DNA of 63,864 nt, filler included, from Platydemus manokwari (lineage: Eukaryota), in the NCBI GenBank assembly GCA_037951405.1. It is 6 parts of 6 records of this genome, joined end to end, with 100 filler letters (N's around TTAATTAATTAA, not from the genome) between each part and the next. Parts side by side here need not be neighbours in the genome. Positions count along the whole stretch, not along the records: positions 8,960 to 18,955 come from JBBMOY011180989.1; positions 19,056 to 28,143 come from JBBMOY011301429.1; 4 more parts are not named here. One strand, written 5' to 3'. The translations under genes were made by a program, and so were the position numbers. How positions within the stretch are numbered: position 1 is the stretch's first letter; every line of letters starts with the position of its first letter. Below the pieces are notes generated by a model that saw only the letters and a list, made by a program, of their open reading frames with translations, had not been told where the DNA came from and made no database searches. Positions 13,121-26,210 of the stretch are shown here, piece after piece.

Positions 13121-13679
13121 AAAAGACTAAAAATACACAATTTATTGTAATAGTTATGAATTAATAAACGTAGTAATATCAGTGCAAGATATTTAATTGT
13201 TTGATTTAGTATAATATGATTTAATATTATTAGAAATATTCAATATATGTTATTATTGGAAGAGTCATAAAATAATCAATAAAAGTTAATATAAGAAAAT
13301 AAACAAATGTGTATTTGTTATAAAAGGTATTTCTTTTATTTATAAAATAAACGGGAGTATATTTATCATAAAATAGAATAATGATAAGGAAAAAGAATAA
13401 CAACTTCAAATGCAATTAAAATTTAAAAATGAGGCATTCATTATTTTCTTAAAACCAACAGGAAAACTTTGTGTCAACGCTACTCTTAGAAATCAAGGGG
13501 AATCATAAAACAATGAACAATTACTGATGCAGTTAATCGCTCAAAAAATCTCTATATATGCAGATTGATCAGCGATAGAAAACATACATGCATAGAATAC
13601 ATATCTGTCAATGCTAAATTATTCGTGGAGATGAAATTAAATAAATATTGCAATTTAGAAAGTTCGAATTTTTCCGATG

Positions 13680-14511
13680 TCTTCACAATTCTATTATCTT
13701 AAAAAGAAATTCATTGATCTAATGTGAATCTGTATGGTGGGGTGAGAAGAGCGTTGGAATCTTAGGTTTTGCATCTTTAATCTCCTTACATTACCGGCTA
13801 CTCAGAGCTTCATCTAATACTCTGGTAAATATGCCGCTTTCTGCAACTAACTTTGGTGCCACCATATTAGGATTAGTTATCATCATGACCATTATGTTCA
13901 TTAGTGTTTCATGATTTAATTTTCAATAATCTAAAATAACTTCCTGTTATATTTTTTCTACTGCATTTTGACTTAGAAGAAATATATAATCCTATAATCC
14001 TCTAATCTGAAATAGTTTTACATCTCTGTTGTGCATTTTTTCTTTTGCTTTTTTCAAAATTTGACTTGGAGCTATACAAATCTTTATAGTTGGTTTGATC
14101 GATCAATTTCCTACATTTCGTTACATATAGAGTCTTTTGATGAATCGTATTTCATCCTGATGGCCGATATTAAAACTATTGCAGTTTTTTTCACTTTTGC
14201 TGAAACAATTCTCTTACTTTCCTGTGACATTCCCTTTGAAGTTATTAAGTCAATAAACTCGTCTATACGTTCTTAGCGAACCCTAATAAAATGATTAGTT
14301 TTAAAAAGGCTAAATGGCAATCAATTAATTTCACGTTATGAATTAATTCAGATTTTTCTATTTGACACCTTTTGATTTTGAATTACAGAAATAATGAGTT
14401 TGCACTTATCCAGTTATTTCATCAAAAACATCAGCGGAATATTCCGCTATTACGAAGGCTTTATCGATAATTTCTCTAAATTTTGTACGACTCAAAATTA
14501 AGTACACTGTC
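13680..14511 (-). mobile_element. Possible Transib transposase 5' relic
   Basis: Decayed minus-strand translation (IDEFIDLITSKGMSQESKRIVSAKVKK..IRMKYDSSK; APKLVAES..; PPYRFTL) resembles my recollection of Transib N-terminal regions. GACAGTG at 14511-14505 resembles the CACAGTG terminus. Confidence 0.3.
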
Positions 14512-14899
14512 TACGTTCATTGCCATTGCAGTAGACTTAAAAGAATGTATAACCTGTATTTGGTGCTATATACTAAAAAGAATTTTAGTTTTTCTTATTT
14601 TAGTTTATTTTGTACTAATTTTATGGTATTTTGAAATGAATTTATATCAATTTTGAATAAAGAATAAAAAATTAAACTGATTGAAAAGAAAAGTAAATGA
14701 ATTCAATATCAATAAAAATAATTCATAAGTTTTATTAATCAAGTGTAAAAGATTACAAAACAAAGTTAATTCGTCGCTCATTCGATAGTAAATTGGTTGG
14801 CTTCTTCAGTGTTCACATTTTTAGTACTTCTCGAAAACAATAGGAAGGAGATTAAAAAAATTTCGGTATGAAGTCTCCACGAGTTAGGAGGACTTTTCT

Positions 14900-15950
14900 G
14901 ATTTTAACTAAAAAAAGATTTGGATCCTATTATTCTTTAGCCTAGCTTTTTCCAGAACGAGATTAAATTGATTTTCAAGGCTGTGATAAAGGTAGAAAAC
15001 TATCGACGACAATCAACAAATTTCAGTCAAGCAACTAGAAGCCCAAACAATCAGTTAAACATTCCATAAACTTAAGAAAGTCCAGTACTAGCAGAACGAA
15101 AGCCCTTCGTTTCCTTCAGCTGTATCACGTACTCCGGGAGTTAACCAATCGAATTTGTGCTCACAAGCAAGTGAATTTGGCACATTTGGATCAGGGACCA
15201 TATCACCATGGAAATCATATTGTTGAGTTCAAACAGAAATTTCGCATTTCAATCATGTGGTTAGAATATATTCAATACCAGGATGTCAAGAAACGTCAAG
15301 ACGGGGATCGTTCATTAAGCCAATTTCAGTAAGAGCTCAACTTACTGGACCAAATGTCACAATATTCAATTTATTGACAAGTCTGGAATCCCGAGAGAAA
15401 CCCGACTGGACCATAAAATCAACAAAGTCTTTCGTCCTGGATAACAAAATTGGTATTATTCAGCTTAATTTGAAGACTGCTAACCATCTGAAAAGAACAA
15501 TTTTTCGTTTTTAAAAAATTTATTTTATAACAATTTTAATTTTGCTCCTATGGGAATTGGGCATAATTAGTCTTCATTTGTATTGGATATTGACAGTGTA
15601 TTCTGAACCAAGAGAGGTTTCTTTTCAACACATTGTCTCCTGCTAGCTCGAGTTAGTGGAGCAGTCGGCAATATCACTCCATTATGTTTCTTCCAGCACT
15701 CCGGTATTTTACACGATTTTTTTTGTTCTCATTAAATTTCTTGGAATACTAATTCACAGAAGATGTTGTATAAGAAGGTAGTTCATTTAGGATATGTCCA
15801 GAGAAGTCGTAGTCCATTATTGTCGAAGTTAATGTTATAGTTTGTAAGAATCTTGATCCACACATCTCGTTTCACACCTCACAACTCGGTCCAAGTTGCT
15901 TAGAGACCACTTGGGCACAATGCCAACTAGCATTGTCTGATCGCACGGCA
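14900..15950 (-). mobile_element. Probable 5' (zinc-finger) part of an RLE non-LTR retrotransposon, decayed
   Basis: Elevated GC with broken Cys/His words (CEV.NEMCGSRF, KSCKIPECWKKH, CQIHL) on the same strand as the RLE 3' half at 17600-18955. Confidence 0.3.
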
Positions 15951-16949
15951 CAGGAAGAAAGATGTGTTAAAGAAGATAGAACAAGACCGACAAGTAAAAT
16001 CGAACCTCTTGGACAAACCACTCCTTTACATTAAAGTAGATAAAAAGGTCAAGTCGAAGTACTTTTACAAAAACCTATACCATATAAGGAAATGAACTAC
16101 TTATACAAAGAGGAACTACTTATATAAAAACATACTGACCATCTCATTAAAAATATAAAAAGTAAACACAAAACTGGCCAAAAACCCTATATAACCTAAA
16201 TATATAAATATTATTTCCACAGGCCATTGACAACAAGCTCAAAACCTGAGCTGAAACACTGCATTGTACAAATAATAGAACCCACATTCAGTGGGACCAC
16301 ATGGAGGGATGAATAGGTCATAGTGTAGCTAAATAAAGTTTAAATGTGTGTTATATTAATTTAAATGTAGAGATTTTTAGTTTAGAGATTTTGAAATTTT
16401 ATTTTAGGAATGTTTTAAATTGAATTCCAAATTTAATATGATTAAATAGCCCTAATGATAAATTAAAATTGTGTGGTTTAAGAAATAATTATTAATACAA
16501 ATTTAATAGTTCGAAATTAGTTATATTGTAAAATCTAAGCAACAATGAATTTTAAAACAAGAGTTACTTAGATATTGACTTAGAAATTTTAAAATTTGGA
16601 ATTTATAAATTCTAATTAAGGAAGTAAAAAATTACAGAAAAATAAGAAATTAATTTGACAAAGTCTTAAATAACAAAATTAAGTTAAAATAAAGCTTAAT
16701 TAGAATTAAAAGCGTAACCAAAAATTTAATTAAGAAATAAATAATTAAGAAGTTTATTTAAGTTACTTAATTAAGGTTAAACAAAGTGAATTAATTTGAC
16801 ATATATGATTTTGTACTAAAATCATTTGGATTTTAATCAAAATAAGCAAAATTAATTAAATTGTTACAAAGAATTGCAATAAATCAACTTCGAGTTGATA
16901 AGCCAAAAAGGGAGCTAAAAAGAGGTAAAACGATGGTAAATCATGACTT

Positions 16950-17400
16950 ATATTGACATTATTAAAAATAGTTTAGATCATGATTGCAGCTTAATTTTTA
17001 GTTAATTTCAAATGTAATAAAATATATTGATTGATAGTATAGATTTCAATAACTACATTATAATAGTAATAATATTTTGGTGTATAATAAAAATATTGAA
17101 ACTAATTCAGATCAAGTAATTAATTCTGATATGATGTTTTAAGTTAATTTCAAGGAATATAGCATAAAATTTAAGAGTATAGATTTCAATAACTACATTC
17201 TAATAATATGAATACTTTAATGCATAATGGAATAATGAAACTATCCATGATCAAGTAATAAATTCCAATTAGTGATCTAAAGTTAGTTGGAAACAATAAA
17301 CATAATAAATAATATAATGATGGCTACCTTATCACAGTATGAATATTTTTATGTATAATACTTATAGTGAAATTAACGATAGTTAGATTAAATTTTGCTT
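16950..17400. repeat. Degenerate tandem repeat, 140-bp period, 2-3 copies
   Basis: GATTTCAATAACTACATT at 17042 and 17182, GATCAAGTAAT repeated at a similar spacing, and a weaker third unit near 17320. Confidence 0.7.
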
Positions 17401-17599
17401 AGTAAGAAGACATTTATAAATGCAAGTATGAATAAATAAAGATACAAAACATGATAATAAATGATAATACGATAAATGTAAATAAATAATGAGGGATAAA
17501 AAGGAGAAGTGAAAAAATGTTTAATTATGATTAATTAGCAACTACAGTAAAGTCAAGTTCCGAAAAACAATGCCCTATTGGGTTTGGATGCCAGAACCA

Positions 17600-18955
17600 A
17601 GTATAACAAGAGAATCACGAGATTTCCCTGTGATGTGTGACAAATAAATGTTATAAGATTCTTTAACCAGTGGTAGTTAGAAGAGTGACAAAGGAACTAA
17701 GATTTTGCTTATCTTAACCAATTTTCGAAAGGACTCTCTCATTTGTTGGTTCCCAACTACCAAGGCAGCCAACATTGATGACATTGATGAAAACCTTATG
17801 CCTATTGTTCTTATCTAATATCCCACCAACGAATCCATATTTGGCATCATCCTCGGTCCTATTTCTCTGAAAGTTGAGATCTGAGCCAAAGTGACTTTCA
17901 TATCTAAAATGTGAGTCATATGTTTTTTGATGTATCTAACTATGATATCTGGGCGGAGAGTAGTTTCTAATCCTACGGGCCTACAATCAATGTCGGCATC
18001 AAAATCTAAGTCATGAAGAAAGTACTCAGAATATCTAAAAGAATGTTATCCTTACGGGTCGCGGTGTATAGTGTTGCAGGGCAGTAATTTAAAATATGAG
18101 CTGCAGTCTCCACATGAATGCTGCAACTACGACAATTTAGCTCAAGAGATTTAACTAACCTAAAAGTACGGTATTTTAATTAAAGGTTATTACATCTAGC
18201 CCTGAAAATGAAACACCGTACGGCTTCAGAAAGGTTATTTCCCTGCAACATTAAATTGGAGCTTGATGAAGATGAAAAGCAATCGAAAACTAGCCCCTAA
18301 GATTTCATTTTGGACCACTTCTCCGCATATGTCAACATGATGGAGTCGTGAAGGATCTGACAAAGGTCTTTCCATTTTTATGATTAAATTGGTAGGTCTT
18401 AACTCCTTTAAACCAACTTTTATAAAATTTTCATCATTTACTAAGAAAAATATACGGTCAGTGCCCTTTGACCTCAGATCTCTGCATGATTGCGTTACCT
18501 TAGACCACCACGGGGAAGCTGAGTGGTAATTTGGATTGACCGTAGCGCTCAGCCATGACAATGCCTGTGTCAAGTTGTTAGAATGTAGTGGAGTACTTAT
18601 AATTATAAACATGCAAGAATTCCTTAATTGCAAAAACCAGAAACATGAGGTCTGTACTGATAAGAAACCTAAAGGTAACAACTATATTCAGTCTGCAGTA
18701 ATCATCCGAGGTAGAGACTATACCAAGACCACCAAGCTTAGGTGAGGCATGGATGAACGAATTGTTAAACGACTGCAGCTTACCCACATCAACAATGGTT
18801 TTGATGAGAGCTCGGACTTTCTCATGAAACCCATGTTTGGAAGGGTAATGATGGAAAATGTTATGGTATTCGGCGCTGATAATATTAGGTTGTCCCATAT
18901 GAAATGTCCGATTTTCATGCACATATTTGAAGAAGCATAACTCATAAGAAAATAT
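17600..18955 (-). mobile_element. RLE-type (R2/NeSL-like) non-LTR retrotransposon, 3' half, pseudogenised
   Basis: HASPKLGGLGI post-RT motif, CCHC knuckle CRSCSIHVETAAHILNYCP (about 18135-18078), and restriction-like endonuclease LRPDIIV...ILDMKV (about 17960-17890). Frameshifted, and truncated by the linker. Confidence 0.85.
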
Positions 18956-19055
18956 NNNNNNNNNNNNNNNNNNNNNNNNNNNNNNNNNNNNNNNNNNNNT
19001 TAATTAATTAANNNNNNNNNNNNNNNNNNNNNNNNNNNNNNNNNNNNNNNNNNNN
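18956..19055. other. Artificial 100-bp contig linker
   Basis: N44-TTAATTAATTAA-N44. Confidence 0.98.
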
Positions 19056-19520
19056 AATTCTTCATGTGATTTCATAGAAAAATTTAAAAAATATCTAAGG
19101 AATGTTATAAGTTTGACATTTAATGCTACCATGCTGATAGCCACTTTTGGATTGGTATATCTGTACGTTTATCGAGAATTAATACGAAGTCTGTTTCATT
19201 CGTGAAAGCAACTAATGAAATTCACATTTTTGCAATCCCATTGGGGAGGCGGTAGTACTTTCATCTCCACTCCATCGCAAAAGTTTTGAACGATCTCACA
19301 AATTTGACTCTGTTCTCATCAATTAACTAATAGGGCGATCTTCAATTAATTCTATTATTTCTCTTAATATATCAAATCACTGTTAATTTCCCACGATTTA
19401 ATCTTTCAGAAATCCTATCTATGTATTATTAATTAAAACCATAATCACCAATCTAGTTTGCTTAATTATATCTTCGTTTGCCAAGTAGATTTGATTCATC
19501 CTGTATTAATCTTGAGAAGT
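19056..19520 (-). mobile_element. Penelope-like RT remnant
   Basis: KYYRLPNGIA (compare YxQxxGxAMG) and FLD-like words on the minus strand, heavily decayed. Confidence 0.35.
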
Positions 19521-20370
19521 AAATTTTAATGCATATTTCCGTTGCTGCATTTCTTTATGAACTCTTTAACTAACTTTAGATGCACATAAAAGAAATGGAA
19601 TTCTATTCTTTTAGGAATATATAACATTATCAGGGATTCTATGAAGTTGAAAATATCTATCCACAGAGATTCTTTAGCATACATTTGCTTTGTCCATAAT
19701 TTATGATGTCTATTTCATGTATCATTAATTATATCATCTACGCTTATCCTATGACTCAAATATTTCATTTCCAATATCAGATATGAAAGATCTTCTAAAT
19801 CAAGGAAAACAGTTCGAAAGAAATGATAAAACCATATTAAGTGAAGATGGTAAGATCAAATAACCCATCTTTAAATTTTATTGATGATGTATATATAGTC
19901 TGTTCAAAATATCATAAAAACTAAATTTCTCAAATATACGATCAGTTCCAAAACATACATGTGGTAACAGATGTTACTTCCAATGAGCAAAAAAAGTAAA
20001 AAATTCTCTAAACGTCAAAATTAAAGAAAGATTTTCTAAAGAACCGGTTTTAAATATCTATTGAAATAAATTTAAAATTTTTTAGAAAGATTTTGATAAT
20101 ACTTATGTCGTTACCTTATGATCTTACTCTTTTGCTTATTGCAATTCCAAACCCTTCCGGGTTTTGCTTTATAAGCTAATGTAATATCAAAGTCTGTCAT
20201 TAAGGCAGAAAGTTTCATTTATTTTATATATCGACGAAATTTTCAATGAAAATAGAAATCAAAAAGCTAATTAGCAGTCTTATTAAGAACACGATTGATA
20301 TACAAAATATCTTCAAAATTCGAATTAAACAACTTCTAATTTTTCTGAAATTAATCAATAACCAGTTTTC

Positions 20371-20436
20371 CATTATAACCGACAACTTAATTTGTTAACA
20401 AATCATTTTCATTTACCAATCAAATTATTTAAATTT
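20371..20436 (+). promoter_or_regulatory. Conserved upstream block with CCAAT box (GPCR copy 1)
   Basis: About 65 bp shared with 26091-26156. CCAATCAAAT starts at 20416, about 75 bp before the ATG. Confidence 0.5.
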
Positions 20437-20492
20437 ATCGATGATGCTATTTCTTAAATATTCGGTGATAATTCTTATTTCGCTAAAAATTC

Positions 20493-21410
20493 ATGAATGT
20501 TGTAATATTAATAGAAAACATTTTATTATCCGCATCGTTAATCATCAATTTATCTTTTGGAACTGCAATATTTTTCTGTCCGTTTCAATCGCGAGTAACC
20601 TCGAATTTAATAGCTCATCAGAGCATAATAGATGCAGCTATATCCTTGATTAATCTCTTAATAAACCTCTTACCTGACTATATTTTCCTTGAACGTTATG
20701 ATGTTCTAAATAGATTCATGTGTCATTTTTGGATCACCCAGTGGATATTTTGGAACACCGTTGTAATATCAGTTCATAATCTTGTATGTATTGCATTCGA
20801 TCGATATATTGCTGTAATAAAAGCCTCAGTTTATCATGAGAAACAGAAATATATTCTGATTGGTTCTTTTATATACATGTATACAATATCATCTGTAATA
20901 TGTATTCCAGGAGCGCTGAATTTCTACTACTTCAACAATACATGTCTACCAATATCGAATTTGAAATCAATGACAGTCGATTATCTTTTCAAAGCTCACG
21001 GGATTTTGTGGTTTTTGGCATGTTATTTGTTACCAACATTATTTTTCATTTGTGTTTATGGTCGCTTGATAAAAATGATGAGAAAATTAAATTCATCAGG
21101 CAATGAAAATAGATTAAGAAATAAATTCACGTTGTCAACTTTTATTATTATATGCTTTTTTATTATTTTATTTTCATATGATAGCATGTTGTATTTGTTG
21201 AACGCAGTGGAAGTAGCTAGTTATGACATTGGTTCATCGACACAAAAAGTGGGCGTAATAATGATTACTATGAATAGTTTTGCAAATGCTCTTGTTCATT
21301 TGACATTTATGAGAAGTATGAGACAGAGATATTTGAAATTTTATGTGGATTTATTTTGTCGTTGCTTGAAAGTCAGGCGACAATTCCGTGTAAGCAATAT
21401 GACACAATAA
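20493..21410 (+). CDS. Intronless class A (rhodopsin-like) orphan GPCR, 305 aa
   Basis: Seven hydrophobic segments, TM2 HQSIID, TM3 Cys and FDRY, ECL2 Cys (NNTC), TM5 LP...VY, basic helix 8. Confidence 0.92.
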   Translation: MNVVILIENILLSASLIINLSFGTAIFFCPFQSRVTSNLIAHQSIIDAAISLINLLINLLPDYIFLERYDVLNRFMCHFWITQWIFWNTVVISVHNLVCIAFDRYIAVIKASVYHEKQKYILIGSFIYMYTISSVICIPGALNFYYFNNTCLPISNLKSMTVDYLFKAHGILWFLACYLLPTLFFICVYGRLIKMMRKLNSSGNENRLRNKFTLSTFIIICFFIILFSYDSMLYLLNAVEVASYDIGSSTQKVGVIMITMNSFANALVHLTFMRSMRQRYLKFYVDLFCRCLKVRRQFRVSNMTQ

Positions 21411-23232
21411 TATTTGTTTCTATCATTTGATGATACATTGGATTGTAGAATAATTATATATTAGTTTTTCAATGTGGATATAAAATCGATATGTTTCAAT
21501 TTTATCTTTTGAATTCACCATCTGAAGTTTATTTTAAAAATTAATTAATAAAATTGCATATCAACACATTTTTGTCTGGAAAAATGAGTTACAAGCACTT
21601 CATTATTGTTTCTGTAAATTGATTTGTAAATTTTAATATTTATTGTTTTGAAATTATCTTTTGGCATTTCTTTTCATCTTAAATAGTTGTTAAAAATAAT
21701 AAAATAAAGATAATTATTTCCTTTTCAAGTTTTCGTCAGTATCTTAATAGAGGGATACATAAAGCTGCAGAAGTTTTCACTGTTATTTGTTGCTTTATTC
21801 TTAATCGAATAATTACTCTGATAATTCCAACGAAAAATTGCTTCTTGAAATGAATTTTTATATCCAACTGATTTATTTGAAATAGCACATTCCAATCGAG
21901 TACATTTGGAATCAGTGATTAACGACGTTAATTGTCTTAATAATTTAAAATTGTTGTAAAATAATAATATTAATTACTTCGGTTGATACAATCAAATAAT
22001 TTCAGATAAAATATGAAACCAATAAAATAAAACTCAAGTTTTAATTATATAAAAATCATTTAATTAAAAAAATCAATAAATAAAATCAACAATTTCTAAA
22101 TATATCTTTTTAAAATCGCCTGTAACTTGCAACATTTGTTAGTGGGACATATTAAGTAGCTTAATTTTTGGGATTAACTTATTATTATTGATCAAACAAG
22201 AAAGATATCATAAATTTTAGAAAAATAAGAATTTAATGAAGCATATTAAAATGGATAATCGGGGAGAAACACATTTATTGGAAAATCATTTTGGTCGAAT
22301 ATTTGGCGTATGCAGTGAACTCAATCGATTTATAAACATTTCGTTCTTAAATTAGTTTATAATCTTGTTAATGTTGTCGTCATTTGATATGATGAGATTT
22401 GAAAAACCCAAATTCATTGAGAAAAAGAAAAGATTTGTCTATGTCTTGGATTTATTTATATATTTATACTAAATAGTTAGCAATTGCAAGCAATGATAAA
22501 TTTTTCTCGTAAGGGATTCATTGAAACTAACATTATTGGACTAACATTAAATAATAATCAATGCTAATTAAAGAGGTCATCATAGGTTTTGGCTTTTTGT
22601 TTCTTTATTCCAATAATATTTTCATAAATGATAATGATTAAACAATGGGAAATATGTTAAACATCTAGTTTTTGACATTTCTCCACAAATGATAAATGAA
22701 GTCAAAAATTATATTAAATAAAATCAATGATTTACTGTGTTATATTTATAAAACATAAATTTAGATTAAATAAAATATAAATAATTTTATTATAAAATTA
22801 AATCTCAAGTAATATAATAAATAGATTTATACACTCGTATATGGAATATCAAAAATTAAAAAAATTTCATAAATAATAAATTTCAATTTATTTCAATTAA
22901 TTGTTAAAATATTAAGTGTAATTAATTTGATTTTTACAATAATAATTTAAATATTATTTATTTAAAATATTTATTTTAAATATGAGTTATGTAATTTCAT
23001 TTGAATCAAAGACTTTCCTACATATAAAAACTTTAAAATTCAATAATAATGTTGATCAATTTTCAGTGACAGAAGTCTTTTTTTAACACCGGTTTTTATA
23101 TTTCGAGATAAAATTACACTTAAATTTAGACCCGAAACTGCCGAGGTAATGCGTTTCAAAATTGTATTTCTAAATGCAATGGTGTTTCAATTTGATTTTT
23201 GACACTCTTGTCATAAAACCATTGTCTTATAG

Positions 23233-23458
23233 CAGGGATCTCCAAAGTACGGCCCGCCAAGCTTACTATGAAACACACGAACATTATGACAAAATTAAGC
23301 GATACACATATTTATTAAAACTTTTTGAAAATATCAGGATAATTAATAAAAAAATATTTTGGCTAATTTGAGTTTTTTAAACCTATCATAGTTTTGGCCC
23401 TCCAAATTTTAAAAAATCAGCAAGGTGGCTCTTTGCTGAAAAGGTTTGGAGACCCCTG
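23233..23458. mobile_element. hAT-superfamily MITE, 226 bp
   Basis: TIRs CAGGGATCTCCAAA and TTTGGAGACCCCTG (13/14 match), with a perfect 8-bp TSD TCTTATAG (23225-23232 and 23459-23466). Confidence 0.92.
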
Positions 23459-24013
23459 TCTTATAGGGTAAAAGAGCTAGAATCATTTTCTAGCAAATAG
23501 TAACTATTGTCGTAACTTATCAGGTTTGTGATTAATATATTTTAACTATTTATTAACATCTTATTGCTTCTTTGGTGTGATTATTTTTTTCTTTATACAT
23601 TCAAAACGAAATTTATTTAAGTGTACCTGCAGTCCAAATTTACCACAAACATTAATTGAGAAGAATATTTTATTTGTTATAATCTAATGTGTTGAAAAAT
23701 AAATCTACTAAATTGATTCTAATTACTTCTAATATCATTGCTTCTATCAGGTCTGAATTATCATCCTTTAGCTCATAGTTATCTGATCATAACCTAAACT
23801 GTATTGAATTTCATATTCGATGTAAATAACAAATCTTTTGATCTGACTTTTACTTCGCAGTAATTGATGTTCTCTGAAAGTCAAATCATAAAATCTACAC
23901 ATTAAAATTTTGTTTTTACGTGAAAAATAAATTGACAAACTTTATTATTACAATCATAACAATCATCACGTTTTAGTTTCTCTTCTTTGAGCTATGTTTA
24001 CATTGATTATATG

Positions 24014-24173
24014 TGTTGAGAGGATTTTAAATTAAATTACGTTTGAGAGAATATAAAATTACATTTTCTAAAAATAACAATTTGTTTAAATAATTTTGAT
24101 TTAGATGTACTCTAGTGTTATAGCTATTTAGTTCGTTTAAAATGCGTACTTTATTAAATAGCATCGGCTTACA
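24014..24173 (+). mobile_element. TRIM family A solo LTR
   Basis: TG..GAGAGG start, AGTTCGTTT..AATGCGTA core, and an end ATAGCATCGGCTTACA matching the LTR end TAGTAGCGGCTTACA. Confidence 0.65.
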
Positions 24174-26090
24174 TGTATATTGTACGTTTTTTAACTGTAA
24201 CGACTAGATCAACTTGATATATCAATTAAAGATAAAAATAATAAAATGCAATATCCATCGCGGATAAAAGAAGTTAAACATACCGTATGATATTTTAAAA
24301 ATGCAAGCCACTACTATATGATAAAACAGGCATTGAAAGAATTATATTTAACTAAAATCATTTAAATAAATCAATATTTTTAAATATAAAATCGAATTAT
24401 AAATCTTTTAAATTATTTTTTTAAAAATCATCATTATAACTTAATAATCCTTACACAAAATTAACTATTACCACAAACAGAAATTGCATAAGAAACGTTT
24501 TCACTAAATTAATTTTATGAAATATAAAACTTTGATTTATTTTTTGAAATCATTCTGAAATTTTCATTGTTATTTATAACACAACATCACGTGTCCCTTA
24601 TTATGACCCCCAAACTCTAAATTTATTTAATTTTTCGAATGAAAATGACCGACGTGGTAAGTAATAAGTTTACCTTATACTTACCAGAAGAACATTTTAT
24701 AATTATTATTCACAACTAATCTAAAACTAATAATTCAACTGAAATGTTTAATCACTCATTATATTTGCACATCAAATGTCATAAATTATCTAACAGATTA
24801 TCTTATCAGACTTAAATTTACTTACCAGTTAGTACTATAGATGCTATTTAAAAATTTTCAAAATGAATTTGTAGCAGACGTTATAAACAGCATAATTTCT
24901 TATTATTTTATTAGTTTTTTCCCTAATTTAGATTCAGTTTTTGTATGCATTTTAACCATATTTCCTTTATACTTAATTCAAATTTTCAATTAACATGCTA
25001 AGTGGTTGTTATGATTATCGCTACTTCAGATAAGGTGCCTACAGGTGCTCAAAATGATTGAAATTAATGTTAAAATTAATGAGATAATACTATCAATTAC
25101 TGACTATTTAAATTATATCAAGAACATTATAATAATTTAATGGTATTGGCAAATAACAAAAAAGGCCTCCTATTAACTGAGACTTTACTACTCATACTTG
25201 TTACAATAAACTCAAAAATTTTCTCATTCATTAATATTCTAATTTAGTATTTAATAATTTAACAATATATGTTGAGTGTTTCACGACTTCCATACCAGTA
25301 GAATATTTTCTTTACTATTTGAAATATTACTATTATGAAAATATTGTTCACAAGTGGTTTTCTTTTTAATAAATCCATTTCAATAGACCAAAAGTAAAAC
25401 AATAACGAGCTCAGACTCCTATTCTCCTCTCAATATGATATTAATTAAAAGCAATAATTACGATAGCAATAAACAAACAAAAATATCTAAATATGTTATT
25501 ATGCAGTATGTAAGCCTGCACTGATTCATAAAAGAAGTATTGAACATGAATTTCAGAAACCCCGACTCAAAAAATTTATATTTAACCAGAATATTTAAAC
25601 AAATTATTTAAATGTATTTAAAATGTTAAATTTAAAATGATTTTTTTTAAATATTAAAATTTTTACAAAGCTTGAATTGCAGGTTAATTTAATAGACAGA
25701 CATTACCCATATCAATAGATGTAGGTTATTTCAGTTTCTTACATTTAATTATTTTATCAAATACTTTACATATTCGTGCTAAACTTTACCTCATATTATT
25801 TCGATCTGGCTAATTGAATATTAAATTTGAGTTTTATAAGATTTGAAATTCATTTTTACAATATTAAATTTGTATATAATTTATGAGGCCTCAAACTAGA
25901 TAAACAGATTTAACGATAGCCCTTTATTATAAACTTCTAACAAATGGTCGTCTTAATCTCTAATTTGGAATGTAAAATCCTCTATATTGCACAAATATTT
26001 TACTGAATTATTTCACAATATATAAAATGACGCAATAATGACTCAATTGGATTTAATAAATTTCTAAAATCAACCTAAACTGTTATTTTT

Positions 26091-26156
26091 ATTACTACCG
26101 GCAATATAATTTGTCAACAAATCATTTACATTTCCCAATCAAATTGTTCAAATATT
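26091..26156 (+). promoter_or_regulatory. Conserved upstream block with CCAAT box (GPCR copy 2)
   Basis: Homologous to 20371-20436. CCAATCAAAT starts at 26135. Confidence 0.5.
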
Positions 26157-26210
26157 ATATTGAAAATTATTATTTAAAAATTATAAATAAATTAATTTTT
26201 CTCTGAACCC

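Noticed and set aside
16220-16325. HDV-like ribozyme at the presumed 5' end of an RLE element (minus strand CCCTCCATGTGG resembles the R2 CCTCCTCGTGG loop)
   Set aside because: I could not find a P1 5' strand, P1.1 GG or P2 pairing. Only simple hairpins are present.
21230-21310. GPCRs as opsins
   Set aside because: The K296-equivalent position in TM7 is Thr. The nearby Lys is at the helix start.
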